From Atractiella rhizophila (taxonomy: Eukaryota): a stretch of 64,000 nucleotides of DNA. The notes under the pieces are model-generated. The model saw nothing but the letters and a program-made list of their open reading frames with translations, was not told the origin of the DNA and did not search any database. A program made the translations under genes and the position numbers. Within the stretch, counting starts at the first letter, position 1. Each line of letters starts with the position of its first letter. The stretch lies in the NCBI GenBank assembly GCA_021432655.1, contig MU271446.1:1-64000 (forward strand), read 5' to 3'. Below, in pieces: positions 25,631-39,811 of the stretch.

Positions 25631-26985
25631 TTCGTTCTTCTAACAGTATTCCACTTAGACATAAACATATCAACTAAAAAATCACTGACCCCTTAGACAA
25701 CGACCACAACCACTAAATGGAAAGAAACTGGGTTTTTCTGTTCTCTTATATGAGAGTGAGAGGATGAGTAAGCGCCAGAGGTGTAGTGCGTGGACTGCGA
25801 CAATTCAAAATTCAGCTTCGGTGGGTTCGTCTGCTTGTCTCTCTGCCCAATTATCTAGTCCGAAGCATCAAATCTCGTCAATCGGAAAGGAACCACAATT
25901 GTCGTTCCAGGTCGTTCAAACAAAATGAGGAAAAGCAGGGAGCCAGCGACCATCCTAATTTGCAATTCGGTCAATTGGACAGATCAATCCCTCCACTGCA
26001 TCGGAAAACCTTGGCAATAAACATGTTAAGTATCTCGCAAAAGAAGCAGGACACTCCCTTCATCAACAAGCTATCGTAATTTGGGCTAACTTCCATGGCC
26101 GATGGAATAGGCTATCCCCAGGTTGATGTTTGAAATTGCACTAGACTCCTCGACATTACTAGCACAGCTCATCCTAGTATATTCGACGTGATGGAATCCT
26201 TATCCTTTAGCCACCTCGATGGAATTCCGGATGGAGAAGAGCAATGATCCGCCTCTTCTGGCTGAAGGCTTTCGTCACGGTATTTATCAGAAGTAGAAGC
26301 ATTAATTGCGGCTCAGGCAGGACCCCATGCCAAAACTTCACCGCAGGAGTATTTGGCACGAATAGGGCGACATTTGATCTTTGCCTTTTCCTGATGTGTG
26401 TTGCTGTGGGTTCTGTCAAATACTCCCTTATCCTTTGGACCACCTGAGAATATAACTTGTCCTTCGTTCAAATCATCTGCATGGCCTTATATCACTCATC
26501 AAAATCTATTTCTCTTCGGTACAATGCGAAATTCTCACGGTAACTCATTTTATTAGGTTCGTGCTCAATCAGCTCGCTCCTTGTGCGCAATCCAATGTAC
26601 TAACCTCGCTCCAATCAAACAGTACTTACTGACGGCGAAGGTCCGATTGTCTGTGTGCTGATCAAAGATGAAGTCCTCCCGCGGGACCTGTCATAATCGC
26701 CATCTTCGAGGAGGCCATCCTCCGCGCGAACGACGAGTGCATCGATCCATCTTTGGTCTAAACACTGTTTAATGGCTTTTGGTTCGATTCCCTTCGGCAG
26801 ACCCAAGCGTACCTCAGCTTACGATAACGAATCAACCGAGGACGAGCTGATCACACTCCCGCCGAGCGTGAACCCACCGCGGGAAGGAGTGATGGATGAA
26901 AGCGGCCCCGGTCAACATCTGGCGATGGGACGGAGCTAAGCGATCATCAACATTGATGGGAGGCTTCTTGATGTGTCTGTAAAGG

Positions 26986-26992
26986 TATAAAA
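26986..26992 (+). promoter_or_regulatory. Probable TATA box of the AKR7-like gene
   Basis: TATAAAA about 60 nt upstream of the ATG at 27050. Confidence 0.4.
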
Positions 26993-27049
26993 GCTCGAAA
27001 CTCGCGACGATAAGCCCTATCACGAACGAAGCGCTAGCAATATCCCACC

Positions 27050-28352
27050 ATGTCGGCCCAACAGACAACAAAAGTGCCTCTTGAAATTGTGTTTGGAGGA
27101 GGTCGTCATCTTAATTCATTCTTGAGGATGAAACTCATTTCAATTCAGGGAGTATCGGCGCGACAGGATGGCTCAACACCACTGCTTCTCTTGACGAGAA
27201 CTTGCCATACTACTCTGCCAAAGGCTACAGGTCCATCGACAGGTAAGATGCTTCCTCAATTGCAGCACTGAAATAACTCACGGTTTCTCGTTTAGCGCTT
27301 TTATGTATTCACCTGGAGCCCCTACCACTTCTGAATCTCTCATAGGCGAGTGGAACGCCAAGGAAAAGGGATGGACGATTGACACCAAATCGAATTCTTT
27401 CTTCGATGCGGCGCATAAACCTGAAAACCTGAGGAAGAGTTTAGAGGGCAGCTTGGAAAGGTATGTGTATCCTCAAAACACTATCAATGACTGAGGTTGC
27501 ACTCAGATTAAAGGTCGAGAAGGTCAGGACGTTTTACCTACACAAGTCGGATGAAACTACTACCTTGTTGGAGACTCTGAAAGGGGTTGACGCTCTGTTC
27601 AAGGAAGGGAAGTTCGAACGGGTACGTGGGATGCTTGTGTTGTAAATGTTATTCCCTGGAGCCTTAGAGGTTATTGTAGTTCGGTGTATCGAATTTTCAA
27701 CCGGATGCCGTCGAAGAACTGGTCAAGCTTTCTCAAGAGCACAACCTCGTCAAGCTTGCTGTCTATCAGGGACAATACAATGGGCTGGCGAGGCTGGTTT
27801 CTTTCTAATTCGCTCCTTCAAATTACTGATGTGTTGTACAGGAGGGCAGAAACTGAGCTCTTCCCGGTCTTAAGAAAGTATGGAATTGCTTTCTTTGCCT
27901 ATTCCCCAACCGCTGGAGGTTTCTTCCAAGAGAAGCACATCCTGGATCAAGACGCTCCCGGAAGGTTCGTCTCTGGGTTTATCCCCCGTTGTCCCATCCT
28001 TACCTTCCCTATGTTAAGATTTGCCGGAGACGGTTTATTGGCGCAGTCATACCGAGGCATGTTCAACAAGCCTGCTTACCTTGACGCGTTGAAAGAATTC
28101 CACGCCACCCTCAAAACCCGTCCCAACTCTCCCTCGGCTACCGAGATAGCAACCAGATGGGTCGTGTATCATTCCCATCTGAGGGGAAACGTCGGAGATG
28201 CATTGATCCTGGGAACGAATCGCCAAAGCCATATTGTCGAAGGATTGGAATGGGTAGAGAAAGGTCCGTTAGAAGAATGGCAAGTTGAAGCGATGGAGAA
28301 CCTATGGAGCAGAATCCAGGATGTTGCTCCCCCAACATCAGCTTGGGCTTAA
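27050..28352 (+). CDS. Aldo-keto reductase, AKR7/aflatoxin-aldehyde-reductase-like
   Basis: Motifs 'IDT|AFMY', 'TIDTK', 'FYLH', 'GKFE', 'YQGQYN', 'ETELFPVLRKYGIAFFAYSPTAGGFF', 'RWVVYHSHL...GDALILG', 'KGPL'. Confidence 0.9.
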
Positions 28353-28441
28353 TGCTTCCGAAAGAATGTACTGTATTTGTGAGAGCAAGAGATTTAAGTG
28401 CAAATATACTTAGGTACAAGCAAAGTCGGTACAACTGTGGC

Positions 28442-29983
28442 TCAAAATCCAACAGAGAAGTCAATACAGCTCCTTTCACCACCCATTTGAACCCTGTCCG
28501 GCATATCCAGCACGTCCAAGAGCTCCTTATTCCATTTGGATAGAATGCGTGCATCGACGGTAAGGTCGTAATAAAGTTCAGGTAGCTCTTGGAAGAATTC
28601 CTCGAAGTCTTCTCTGTCCGCCGCATCACACAACAAGTAGACGCGCTCGAGGTTCGGAAAACGGGGTTTCGTGATGATGGAGTAGAGCGGCATGAATTCT
28701 AATGGCGTATCCGCGTCAACAATAAGGAATTTGATTGGGAGCTTGAAATTTTGAGCAAAGCGACCAGAGGTCCACCATGTCACATTAGTGATAAAGGAGA
28801 AAAGACTTTTGCACCGCGCGATGATGTCAAAGAAATTATTGTCGTCAAGAAGAGCGAGATGCCTCAGGCCATCCACCACGACTTCAACTATCTCACTAGA
28901 CCTCTCAGTGAACCTGCACTCCAAGCGCTTGACGCATCCTGGTACTAGAATCCTCCTCAAGATAGTAGGAAACTCCCCATCGCCACCGTTGATGAATAGA
29001 GAATGGAGATGGAGAGCTTGAGACTTTGAAGACGTCCATGATGCACCATCGGATGTGTTGAAGCATTTAAGGTCCAATTCGACTAGCTTTGTGGATTCCA
29101 ACAATTTAGGGGCGAAGTATTCGAAATTTGGTGGGTCCAGGCTTTCTTCTGAGGATTGGAAGGAGAGGCGGAGGAATCGAATTTCAGGAAGGATCGGGAA
29201 TGGGGTACGTGTGAAGGTGAATTCGAAGGAGAGCGATTCGAGCTGCCCTGAACAGGCGATGATTAGATTTGAAGCCTCAGAATGGATCTTAAACGCGAAT
29301 TCGTTCAGAGCGAGAAATCTCAAAGTCTGATAGGAGTTTCGAAAAAATTGTTTGAAGAAGCAAGGGGCGATTCCCATTTCGTACAAGCACAAAAGTTTGA
29401 GGGAAGATATTAGAGTAGCGTCATCTTTTACGGCAATTACTTCGTTCTCGTCTATCGAGGATGACATTGCGTCAAAGTCTCCAAAAGAGAATCGGCGGAG
29501 CGCGCGAAGGCATTGTAGATTGGTGACATAGTCTTCAATACTTGATTTGGTGCCTATCGATGAGTCGATGACGAGGATAAGCGACAAGTAATTGAGACGA
29601 TCTTCAAGATGAGGCGGAAAGGTCAATGGTTGGCCATAACGGTCTGGGTCTCCCCAAGTACATTCCAAGGCGGTCAAATTGACTGCCTGATTCACAACGG
29701 CCTGGAACGCCGGAGCAAGCTCCAGCGTATTACCCAATGTTCTATCCTCGTCCCATTCAAGGTAACGAAGCCATTAAATCTTCTCCGGGTGATCTAAAAG
29801 ATAAGTGCCTCGAGACGAAGTAAATGGGAACGGTCTGCGGAATGCCAGAGGTTCTAGGCAGTCGGAAAAGACCCGGCAAGTCAGGCAGAGCTGGAGGAGG
29901 TCCGAAGTATCAAGGTCCATGTCCATACAAAGATGGCGGACGATGCAGGTGAAAAGTTCAGTTGGTAGATCAAGCAGATACAT
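28442..29983 (-). pseudogene. Intronless F-box/LRR-like gene with one in-frame TAA
   Basis: F-box 'LLDLPTELFTCIVRHL...DLLQLCLTCR'. The two track ORFs are in one frame, joined as 'HPEKI*WLRYLEWDEDRTLGNT' (stop at 29774-29776). LxxLxL repeats follow. Confidence 0.75.
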
Positions 29984-31865
29984 CTTAAATACAGGACCTA
30001 GCCCAACGGTTAGTAATTAGGTGGGATAATGAAGGCTGTAAGACCATGCGAAGATAGTTGATCTATAACATTGATGGCTCAGGCAGATCGCTGCTACACA
30101 ATTCAAGTTGCCGTTGGGTGGATGGGTACAAGCAAGCTAGTTCATAATGACACAATACAAACAACTGCATTCTTTCTTGTCGCGGTCTCATGGTGATGAT
30201 TCCAAACCATACAGGAAAGGAAAGGTTACAATGTCTTCTCATACCGTGGAACGAGAGTGGAATATTCGTGTCATGGGGAACACAAAAGCAGGAGCACAGC
30301 TTGAAAGGTACGGTTACACCTTTTGTCCAAGAACCTATAGTAGCTCCTCGAACTTTCAATTAAATCTTCTATTAGTTCAGGCAGGGCTGGCACGACATCA
30401 TGCAAACATAAAAGTAAATGGACAGCCTGCTAGTGAATTGTGCCGCCACGGTCAGCCAGGAAACGAGGCGCGTCACTTTTTGTCGACCAAGACATGCCTG
30501 CCTCACCCTGGTTGCTAGTTCCTGCCACACTTGGGTGAAGAAGGATGTTGTACATGCCCGAAATGGGACGCCAAGCACACTGATCGCTGATCCAATTTTT
30601 GGGAGGTATACGTTTGAAGGTGTGAGTCAAGGTCAACATGAAAGTACAACGCGTTTTGTCTTTTCCAACACTCTGGGGCACTGAGGTATGTTTAGTTTCT
30701 AGGCTCACATGTGTTGAGGTTTGGCTTGCGATGGTTCTGCGCGCCAACGAGAGCTTGTGAGCTTTTGAAAGGAGCCAAAGGAGGTGGTAAACAATAAAAA
30801 AGGCTCACCCGCCACCTGTAGGGGTTTGGTTAGAAGACAGCTTGAGCACTGCGGTGGAGAGAGGGTTGGAAATGAGAAGGATCCGATCAAAGAAGGTTGG
30901 AAGGAGAGCTCTGAGTGAGCTTGGGAGAGCGGTTGGTCGATGAGTTTGTTACTTACTCACGTGAGTGGATGAAAGACCAGAACTTTGTCTCTGGGTCTCT
31001 GGGGTTTTATCTGTGGTCATTCATTGAGAACAAAACCGTTGGTGAAGTCAGGAACAGTGAGAATAGCAAGGATTTACGGAGAGATAACCCCTCACGAAAG
31101 TTACCATGTTGGTGTTTCCTAATTCTTATGAGTGGCATGATGGGCAGGAGGTGCAATGCTGGGAAGGCTTGATAAAAGCAAAGAGCAGCCTGCAGCCTCT
31201 GAAGCGCAATCAAATCTACCCAAGACGAAAGCAATCACAGCCCAACGTTATGATGCTTCTGCAACAAGGAGCAAGAGACTGCATGTTGACTTGCTTTCCT
31301 TCTGAGCTTTAGCAAGTTACAATTTGGTCGAGGAAGAGATGCACTGGTGCATCCCATTCCTAGATTGAACCTTGCAAATTTGTACACTATAGAGGGCTGA
31401 GAAATTGTTACGTCCCTGCTTCGACAGTAGCGTTCCGAGATCAAGTATGTATGCATATGTGCTACCTCTCTCGAGTCTGTTCTCTAGCCTGTCCGCTGCG
31501 ACTCCATATGTGACTTTATAATCTTCATCCTGCTAGTCCTCCTTAACAACCTCGCTCGTAATGTTTCATGAACAACATTGTAGCCGCGGTTTTATGATCA
31601 AAGTGCATGAATTTAAGTTAATCATGCGGCGCAACACCGCCTAGTCTTTCAGATGTTCCCTTCCCTTCCATGTCCTGCCGCAAGTCTGGCATTTTTACTG
31701 GATCATATGTTGAGAAACATGCACATGTCCTCACCGCCATTTAATGTTCATTCTATGTGATGAGCGAGCTTACTGAAATGACAAGAAGGGCTTTTGGGCC
31801 TATTTATGAAGTTATTGTGTGACAATAGTGACCATCGCCCGCACAGACTTTGTAGATTTCTTAAA

Positions 31866-33390
31866 ATGACTACCAATGGCCCTCACGAACGTCTACCTGT
31901 GTTCCCCTACGAAATCTGGCTCCATATTTTCCACCACCTACCTCTTTCGTCACGCGCGGCATTCAATAGAACAAATAAAACCTTCCGAACATTAACCACC
32001 CCAGCGATGTATAGAACGATACCCAGCACGCTTGATGTGCAAGCATGTCGTCGTCTCTGTGTAACACTACTCGAGAAACCAGAGCTGGTGCGACATGTTC
32101 GACGCATGCTTCTGCACGGAGCTCGGCTGGAGGAGGATGCCAGCGTGCACTCAGACGCCGTCAAGTTGCTTAACTTGCGGGTATTGCAGCAGAACCTTGA
32201 GAGTATCGAATTTGTCTATACTCCTGAGAGCCACGGGGGTGAGTCCCGATATTTTTCCACAACAATCTTGAACGTTGGTTCCCTGGCGATAGGATGGTTC
32301 TACTCAGAGGATCTTCTCAAGGATAACGTCATCTGGGAAACCCTCGCTAACGCCAACTACCCTCGACTTGAAGAGCTTTGCGTTCGCGAAATGCCTTATG
32401 GGACAGGAGACAAAGAGAACATTGTTCGTTTAGCATATTTGTCGCTGTCAATTCCTTTGACGGCCTAGAGCAGCTTTACCATCTCACTCATTGGAAGCGC
32501 ATTTCCTTGAGCACACAAGCATTCTTGCTCGATGATGGTAACGTTTCTGTTACTTCTGTACTCATAATTCTCTGACACAAATTTGCTCTTTAGTCCATGG
32601 GACCCCTGATTATGATCCTTTCACAGTCGACATGTTCGGTTGGCTATGCGAAAACCCAAATCTTACCCACCTCAACCTCGAACTCAAGTTAGATGAAGGG
32701 TGTGCCACGATAGACTCTGTTTCCGTTACTTCTCTCCTCGAAGAAGCTGTTTGGCCAAATCTGATCTCGCTGTCCATTTTTGGTGGAGAATGCCACGATT
32801 TTACCAAGGCAGATGACGATGGCGATGAACAAACGTTCGACTATGGCACATCTCCCTCGGTGCAGAAATTCCTGCTCGCCCATCCTCAAATCCAACAACT
32901 CTCCGTCGGAATCTGTGCGAGCAATGATCTTCGTGGACCTCAAACCGTTCCCTTCGCTTCTTTACCTGCTGGAGTTTTGGGAAACCTTCAATCGTTCTCA
33001 GGCACGCGGAATCATGTAGAGGATCTCGCACTGATGTATGGAAGGCACGACAAGCTTAAGTACATCACCTTACGGAAAGACTTCGCTGGAATGGGTTGGG
33101 ACTCAGAAGAACATGCTCCGCCAGCTGAAACGTTTCTGTCAGCAATGAACGCCTTCCCTAATTTAACAAATCTAGAGCTTGATTTCAGCTACGAGGGCTG
33201 CGAAAGCGGAAAAGGTATCGAGCACTTTATAGGAGGAATTGCGGGAATATGCCCTGGTCTGAGGCTTATACTGAGAAATTGGTCTCCTTTGGACGATCAA
33301 GTTCTTAAACGTCTCGAAGAAGTTGAACAAATCGAAGAAGCCCGAGATGGAAATGGATGGCGTCGCGGCCTGACACTCACTCTACGATGA
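31866..33390 (+). CDS. F-box/LRR-like protein, copy 1 (3 exons)
   Basis: F-box 'LPVFPYEIWLHIFHHL...NKTFRTLTTPAMYR' and LRR-like 'PNLTHLNL', 'PNLISLSI'. Introns at about 32424-32468 and 32538-32593. Confidence 0.85.
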
Positions 33391-35427
33391 ACTGGTTGAT
33401 AAACGCTGATGGACTCAAAGAATCACTTGTTTCATCAGATGCGTATACTGTCTGCATATTCTAGCTCTACACTCCTACTTCCACCTCTTGTAACTCGCCT
33501 CTGGACCGCTTATCTCAACAGCGGCGTGTATTAGTAGAAGTTCAATTGAGAAATGGAGAAGTCAAAAAACTTTTCTAGCACATGACTTTGCAAGCGACGT
33601 TCCAAATTACCTCCTAGGCACGGAGATTATCCTGAGTACTGTCGTGGGCCCGACAGTTATAGCTATCTCACAAGCGCAAGCAGAAACGAAGAGAGCCAGC
33701 GTGCGCAAACTTCATGCTCTTCGTTTCACTGGATCGTTCGTCACCTCAGAAGACTTACATCCAAATGCGATACATCACACAAAGCTGGTGCGAACGTATC
33801 GTAAGTTTGAGGCCGTACATTGATTAGAACATGAATACAAAGCCTTCCAACAGAGCGCAACTTGAACTTGAATGAGAAAAAAGATGGCTTTACAAAACAG
33901 ATTGAGTCTCAGGAACAGTGAAAGGAAATGGAGACCGTAAACACGACTGGCTACTGCGTTGCACTGCATGCGAACCAAATCAGGTCGTCTGGAATACAGA
34001 ACAGGGCACAAAGGTACATATCAAGGACGAGGAAATATCTGGCGACAGAAAGAGAACAAGGGTATTAAAATGTCCAATGTACGTGATTAGTTGTACGTAT
34101 GCTGACAAAACAAAAACAGTTCCGAAGCAAGAAGACGATAGGATATTATCTTGGTTGTGTGGAAATGTGGCGGCGAGTATTAGGCAGTGGAGACTGTGAA
34201 GCTTGAAAGCTGTGGCTTGAGGAGGCAGAGAGGGAAGTCAGCATCCATCTCTCCTCAACACATCCGTCGATGTCGATGTTCATCAATTATCAGAAGATAA
34301 TGCTTTTAGCGTCTGGGAGTCTCTGTGTGTCCTCTCATTCGACGTTAGGCATCTTCCCCGTCTTCAACTTGAACTGAAAGCCATCTTCCCACCCATAGGC
34401 GTTGGGGTTGAATCCTGGAGAAGCTTGAGCACTGCGGTGGAGAGAGGGTTGGCAATGAGAAGGATCCGATCAAAGAGGGTTGGAAGGAGAGCTCTGAGTG
34501 AGCTTGGGAGAGCGGTGATCGATGAGTTTGTTACTTACTCACGTGAGTGGACGAAAGACTAGAACTTTGTCTCTGGGTCTCTGGGGTTTTATCTGTGGTC
34601 ATTCATTGAGAACAAAACCCGTTGGTGAAGTCAGGAACAGTGCGAAGGGCAAGGATTTACGGAGAGATAACCCCTCACGAAAGTTACCATTGTTGGTCTT
34701 TCCTCATTCTTATGTCTGGCATGATGGGCAGGAGGTGCAATGCTGGGGAGGCTTGATAAAAGCAAAGAGCAGCCTGCCCAAGACGAAAGCAATCACAACC
34801 CAACCTTGTGATGCTTCTGCAACAAGGAGCAAGAGACTCATGTTGACTTCATGGCTATTGCTTTCCTTCTGAGCTTTAGCAAGTTACAATTTGGTCGAGG
34901 AAGAGATGCACTGGTGCATCCCATTCCTAGATTGAATCTTGCAAATTTGTGACACTATAGAGGGCTGAGAAATTGTTACGTTCCCTGCTTCGACAGTAGC
35001 GTTCCGAGATCAAGTATGTATGTGCTACCTCTCTCTCGAGTCTGTTCTCTAGCCTGTCCGCTGCGGCTCCATATCTGACTTTATAATCTTCATCCTGCTA
35101 GTCCTCCTTAGCAACCTCGCTCGTAATGTTTCATGAACAACATTGTAGCCGAGGTTTTAAGATCAAAGTGCATGAAGTTAAGTTAATCATGCGGCGCAAC
35201 ACCGCCTGGTCTTTCAGATGTTCCCTTCCTGCCGCAAGTCTGGCATTTTTTTCTGAATCATATGTTGAGAAACATGCACATGTCCTCACCGCCATTTAAT
35301 GTTCATTCTATGTGATGAGCGAGCTTACTGAAATGAAATGACAAGAAGGGCTTTTGGGCCTATTTATGAAGTCAATGTGTGACAATAGTGACCATCGCGC
35401 GCACAGACTTTGTAGAGATTTCTTAAA

Positions 35428-36952
35428 ATGACTACCGATGACCCTCACGAACGTCTACCTGTGTTCCCCTACGAAATCTGGCTCCATATTTTCCACCACC
35501 TACCTCTTTCGTCACGTGCGGCATTCAATAGAACAAATAAAACCTTCCGAACATTAACCACCCCAGCGATGTATAGAACGATACCCAGCACGCTTGATGT
35601 ACAAGCATGTCGTCGTCTCTGTGCAACACTACTCGAGAAACCGGAGCTGGTGCGACATGTTCGACGCATGCTTCTGCACGGAGCTCGGCTGGAGGAGGAT
35701 GCCAGCGTGCACTCAGACGCGGTCAAGTTGCTTAACGTGCTGGTATTGCAGCAGAACCTTGAGAGTATCGAATTTGTCTATACTCCTGAGAGCCACGGGG
35801 GTGAGTCCCGATATTTTTCCACAACAATCTTGAACGTTGGTTCCCTGGCGATAGGATGGTTCTACTCAGAGGATCTTCTCAAGGATAACGTCATCTGGGA
35901 AACCCTCGCTAACGCCAACTACCCTCGACTTGAAGAGCTTTGCGTTCGCGAAATGCCTTATGGGACAGGAGACAAAGAGAACATTGTTCGTTTAGCATAC
36001 TTGTCGCTGCCAATTCCTTTGACGGCCTAGAGCAGCTTTACCATCTCACTCATTGGAAGCGCATTTCCTTGAGCACACAAGCATTCTTGCTCGATGATGG
36101 TAACGTTTCTGTTACTTCTGTACTCATAATTCTCTGACACAAATTTGCTCTTTAGTCCATGGGACCCCTGATTATGATCCTTTCACAGTCGACATGTTCG
36201 GTTGGCTATGCGAAAACCCAAATCTTACCCACCTCAACCTCGAACTCAAGTTAGATGAAGGGTGTGCCACGATAGACTCTGTTTCCGTTACTTCTCTCCT
36301 CGACGAAGCTGTTTGGCCAAATCTGATCTCGCTGTCCATTTTTGGTGGAGAATGCCACGATTTTACCAAGGCAGATGACGATGGCGATGAACAAACGTTC
36401 GACTATGGCACATCTCCCTCGGTGCAGAAATTCCTGCTCGCCCATCCTCAAATCCAACAACTCTCCGTCGGAATCTGTGCGAGCAATGATCTTCGTGGAC
36501 CTCAAACCGTTCCCTTCGCTTCTTTACCTGCTGGAGTTTTGGGAAACCTTCAATCGTTCTCAGGCACGCGGAATCATGTAGAGGATCTCGCACTGATGTA
36601 TGGAAGGCACGACAAGCTTAAGTACATCACCTTACGGAAAGACTTCGCTGGAATGGGTTGGGACTCAGAAGAACATGCTCCGCCAGCTGAAACGTTTCTG
36701 TCAGCAATGAACGCCTTCCCTAATTTAACAAATCTAGAGCTTGATTTCAGCTACGAGGGCTGCGAAAGCGGAAAAGGTATCGAGCACTTTATAGGAGGAA
36801 TTGCGGGAATATGCCCTGGTCTGAGGCTTATACTGAGAAATTGGTCTCCTTTGGACGATCAAGTTCTTAAACGTCTCGGAGAAGTTGAACAAATCGAAGA
36901 AGCCCGAGATGAAAATGGATGGCGTCGCGGCCTGACACTCACTCTACGATGA
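35428..36952 (+). CDS. F-box/LRR-like protein, copy 2
   Basis: Same exon structure as copy 1, with a handful of substitutions. Confidence 0.85.
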
Positions 36953-37896
36953 ACTGGTTGATAAATGCTGATGGACTCAAAGAATCACTTGTTTCATCAG
37001 ATGCGTATACTGTCTGCATATTCTAGCTCTACCTCCTACTTCCACCTCTTGTAACTCGCCTCTGGACCGCTTATTACAACGGTAGCGTGTATTAGTAGAA
37101 GTTCAATTGAGAAATGGAGAAGTCAAAAAACTTTTCTAGCACATGACTTTGCAAGCGACGTTCCAAATTACCTCCTAGGCACGGAGATTATCCTGAGTAC
37201 TGTCGTGGGCCCGACAGTTATAGCTATCTCACAAGCGCAAGCAGAAACGAAGAGAGCCAGCGTGCGCAAACTTCTTGCTCTTCGTTTCACTGAATCGTTC
37301 GTCACCTCAGAAGACTTACATCCAAATGCGATACATCACACAAAGCTGGTGCGAACGTATTGTAAGTTTGAGGCCGTACATTGATTAGAACATGAATACA
37401 AAGCCTTCCAACAGAGCGCAACTTGAACTTGAATGAGAAAAAAGATGGCTTTACAAAACAGATTGAGTCTCAGGAACAGTGAAAGGAAATGGAGACCGTA
37501 AACACGACTGGCTACTGCGTTGCACTGCATGCGAACCAAATCAGGTCGTCTGGAATACAGAACAGGGCACAAAGGTACATATCAAGGACGAGGAAATATC
37601 TGGTGACAGAAAGAGAACAAGGGTATTAAAATGTCCAATGTATGTGATTAGTTGTACGTATGCTGACAAAACAAAAACAGTTCCGAAGCAAGAAGACGAT
37701 GAGGATATTATATTGGTTGTGTGGGAATGTGGCGGCGAGTATTAGGCAGTGGAGACTGTGGAGCTTGAAAGCTGTGGCTTGAGGAGGCAGAGAGGGAAGT
37801 CAGCATCCATCTCTCCTCAACAAGTCCGTCGATGTCGATGTTTATCAATTATCAGAAGATAATGCTTTTAGCCTCTGGGAGTCTCTGTTTGTCCTC

Positions 37897-39715
37897 TTAT
37901 TCGACGTTAGGCATCTTCCCCGTCTTCAACTTGAACTGAAAGCCATCTTCCCACCCATAGGCGTTGGGGTTGAATCCTGGAGGCGTTTTTTCTGGAGTAA
38001 GGCTTTCCGCCGAAAGGGAAGCTAGACCCGGAGAAGGAGGACGGATGTCGAGAGTAAGATGTGTTCGCGTCAGCTTCCTCATTCGCTTATCGGCAGGGGA
38101 CGTAGATGGTCGCTGCATTTCCGCTCCTCGTAGATTGGAAAGAGATTTCTTGTTCCCCACCCCTCCTGCCGTGGACGGCCGCTCGAGCTTGATACTGGAG
38201 CCAGATGAGGAAGTACCTTTATTCTCCTTGTCCTCTTCCCTTTTCTTTCCCTCATATTTAATTTCCAGCTTCCCGTCACCAGCAACGGACATGAAGGTTT
38301 TGTTATTTTCACTGATGCTTCCTTCTTCTGGCTGGTATCCGGCTGGAGGAGGTAAGAAATCGAGATTGATCGCGTTCCTGGCAAATGGTATGGAACCTTT
38401 TCGTGCTCCAGAGTAATCATCTGGAACTAGAAGTGAATTCGTAGAAGTGAGAGAGGCAGTTCGGACTGTGGTAAAAGTGACGACAGAGCGTGTGTCGGGG
38501 GAAAGAGGAGTAGGAGAGGAAATTCGATAATGGGTTGGTGTAGTTTCACACTGGGTTGGAGTAAGGATGAGTACGAAACGAGCGCGCTTGTCTTTCGTGA
38601 AAGGAAGTCTTTGTTCGTCAAGCAGGTCAACAAAACCGTTTACACCAGTGGGAAGAAAATGGCGCACTTGACACCGGAGTCCTCCGTTCGGTAGGTCACC
38701 ACCTTGCCTTGGTGTCTACTACTAATGACAAATCCTTCTGCTGATCCGTTGACATCTCCATTGATAGTGACGCCTTCCTCACACTGGTATCCTTCCAACA
38801 TATCCAACATAGTAAATGTCCCAAGTGTGTCGGCAGCATCTAGAATCGGTTGCGGGACGGTCTTGGCGTGGAAGATCTCCCCAAGGAGACGAGGCGTGAA
38901 GGAGTGCAGTGAGGGAGCCAGAGAAGAGGCACTGTTTGTTCCAGCTCCATGTTCACGTGGCGCGTCGAGTGAAAGAACGGCATGGATTAGTGGAAGTTTG
39001 GGGTCCCGTTTATGAGGGATTCGGACGGATCTGATGGGGAATGCCTAGGACAAAGGTATGTAAGCGAGTGCAAACAAAGATGAAATAGCTGTCTACCCCG
39101 TTGCCTGTGACGATTACGATCTCGATAAAAATATTGATGTCCCTTAAATCTACGCCCCCAGCAAAGACGATTTGAAGTAGGAAGTCGTTCATGTCCTCCT
39201 TCTCCTTCTTCGCGGGAACGACGTGATATGATAGCTGATAAATCTTTTCCTCCATCCTGAGCATGTCAAACTGGACTGGCAATCCCTTTGAGAAACCCAT
39301 TCTGGGCATTCAAAGCACAGGGCCAACGGGCAGGAAGATGGGGAGAGAGTTGATGGACATGCTGAAGGGATTATGAAGGATTCGATGGTCGTTTGGCAGA
39401 GGAACAAAGAAAACAAGTAACAAGGCACTCCACTGGGTTATACGGGTTGAGTTCACAGATTAGCTCAAAGATTTCTTTGTTGCTCCACGTGGCAGCCTCG
39501 CTTTTTTGAAATAAACAAACAAACCTTGTTCGATGTCCGGATCTGGCGCACTTCGAAGCATCGACAACGTCAAACATTTGTTGCCCACAGCTAAGGTCTG
39601 TGTGTTGGCACGGTAATTCTCCTTTCCAACTACTACAGGGCAACAAGTGTCGGACGAGCATCTTGATATGGGTTGAATGATTGGATGTCTGGATGACAAA
39701 GGGAGGGGAGGACAC
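37897..39715 (-). CDS. Hypothetical multi-exon protein with Ser/Pro/Thr-rich C-terminus; 5' end uncertain
   Basis: Long terminal exon (ending ...TGKMPNVE*) and an upstream exon '...LDMLEGYQCEEGV...SGVK' linked by a gtgcgc..aag intron. No domain recognised. Confidence 0.5.
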
Positions 39716-39811
39716 GGTTCATGTTCTCAAGCTTCAAGCTTCAAACCTTCAGGTCCCTGAGCCAAGTTAGTTGTATCTTCCGTTCATCACCGTTTCCAAA
39801 AACAACCGAAC

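Larger units (their letters stand above)
30839..37982 (+). repeat. Direct tandem duplication, two ~3.57-kb units (30839-34420 and 34422-37982)
   Basis: Both units start agcttgagcactgcggtggagagagg and end ggggttgaatcctggag. They are near-identical, with small indels. Confidence 0.97.

Noticed and set aside
26600..27071. Minus-strand ORFs with a TM-like stretch overlapping the AKR7 start
   Set aside because: No ATG, broken frames, and overlap with the AKR7 TATA and start. At best a decayed fragment.
30147..30700. Coding-like fragments between the F-box genes
   Set aside because: No identifiable family. Cannot distinguish a relic from chance ORFs.
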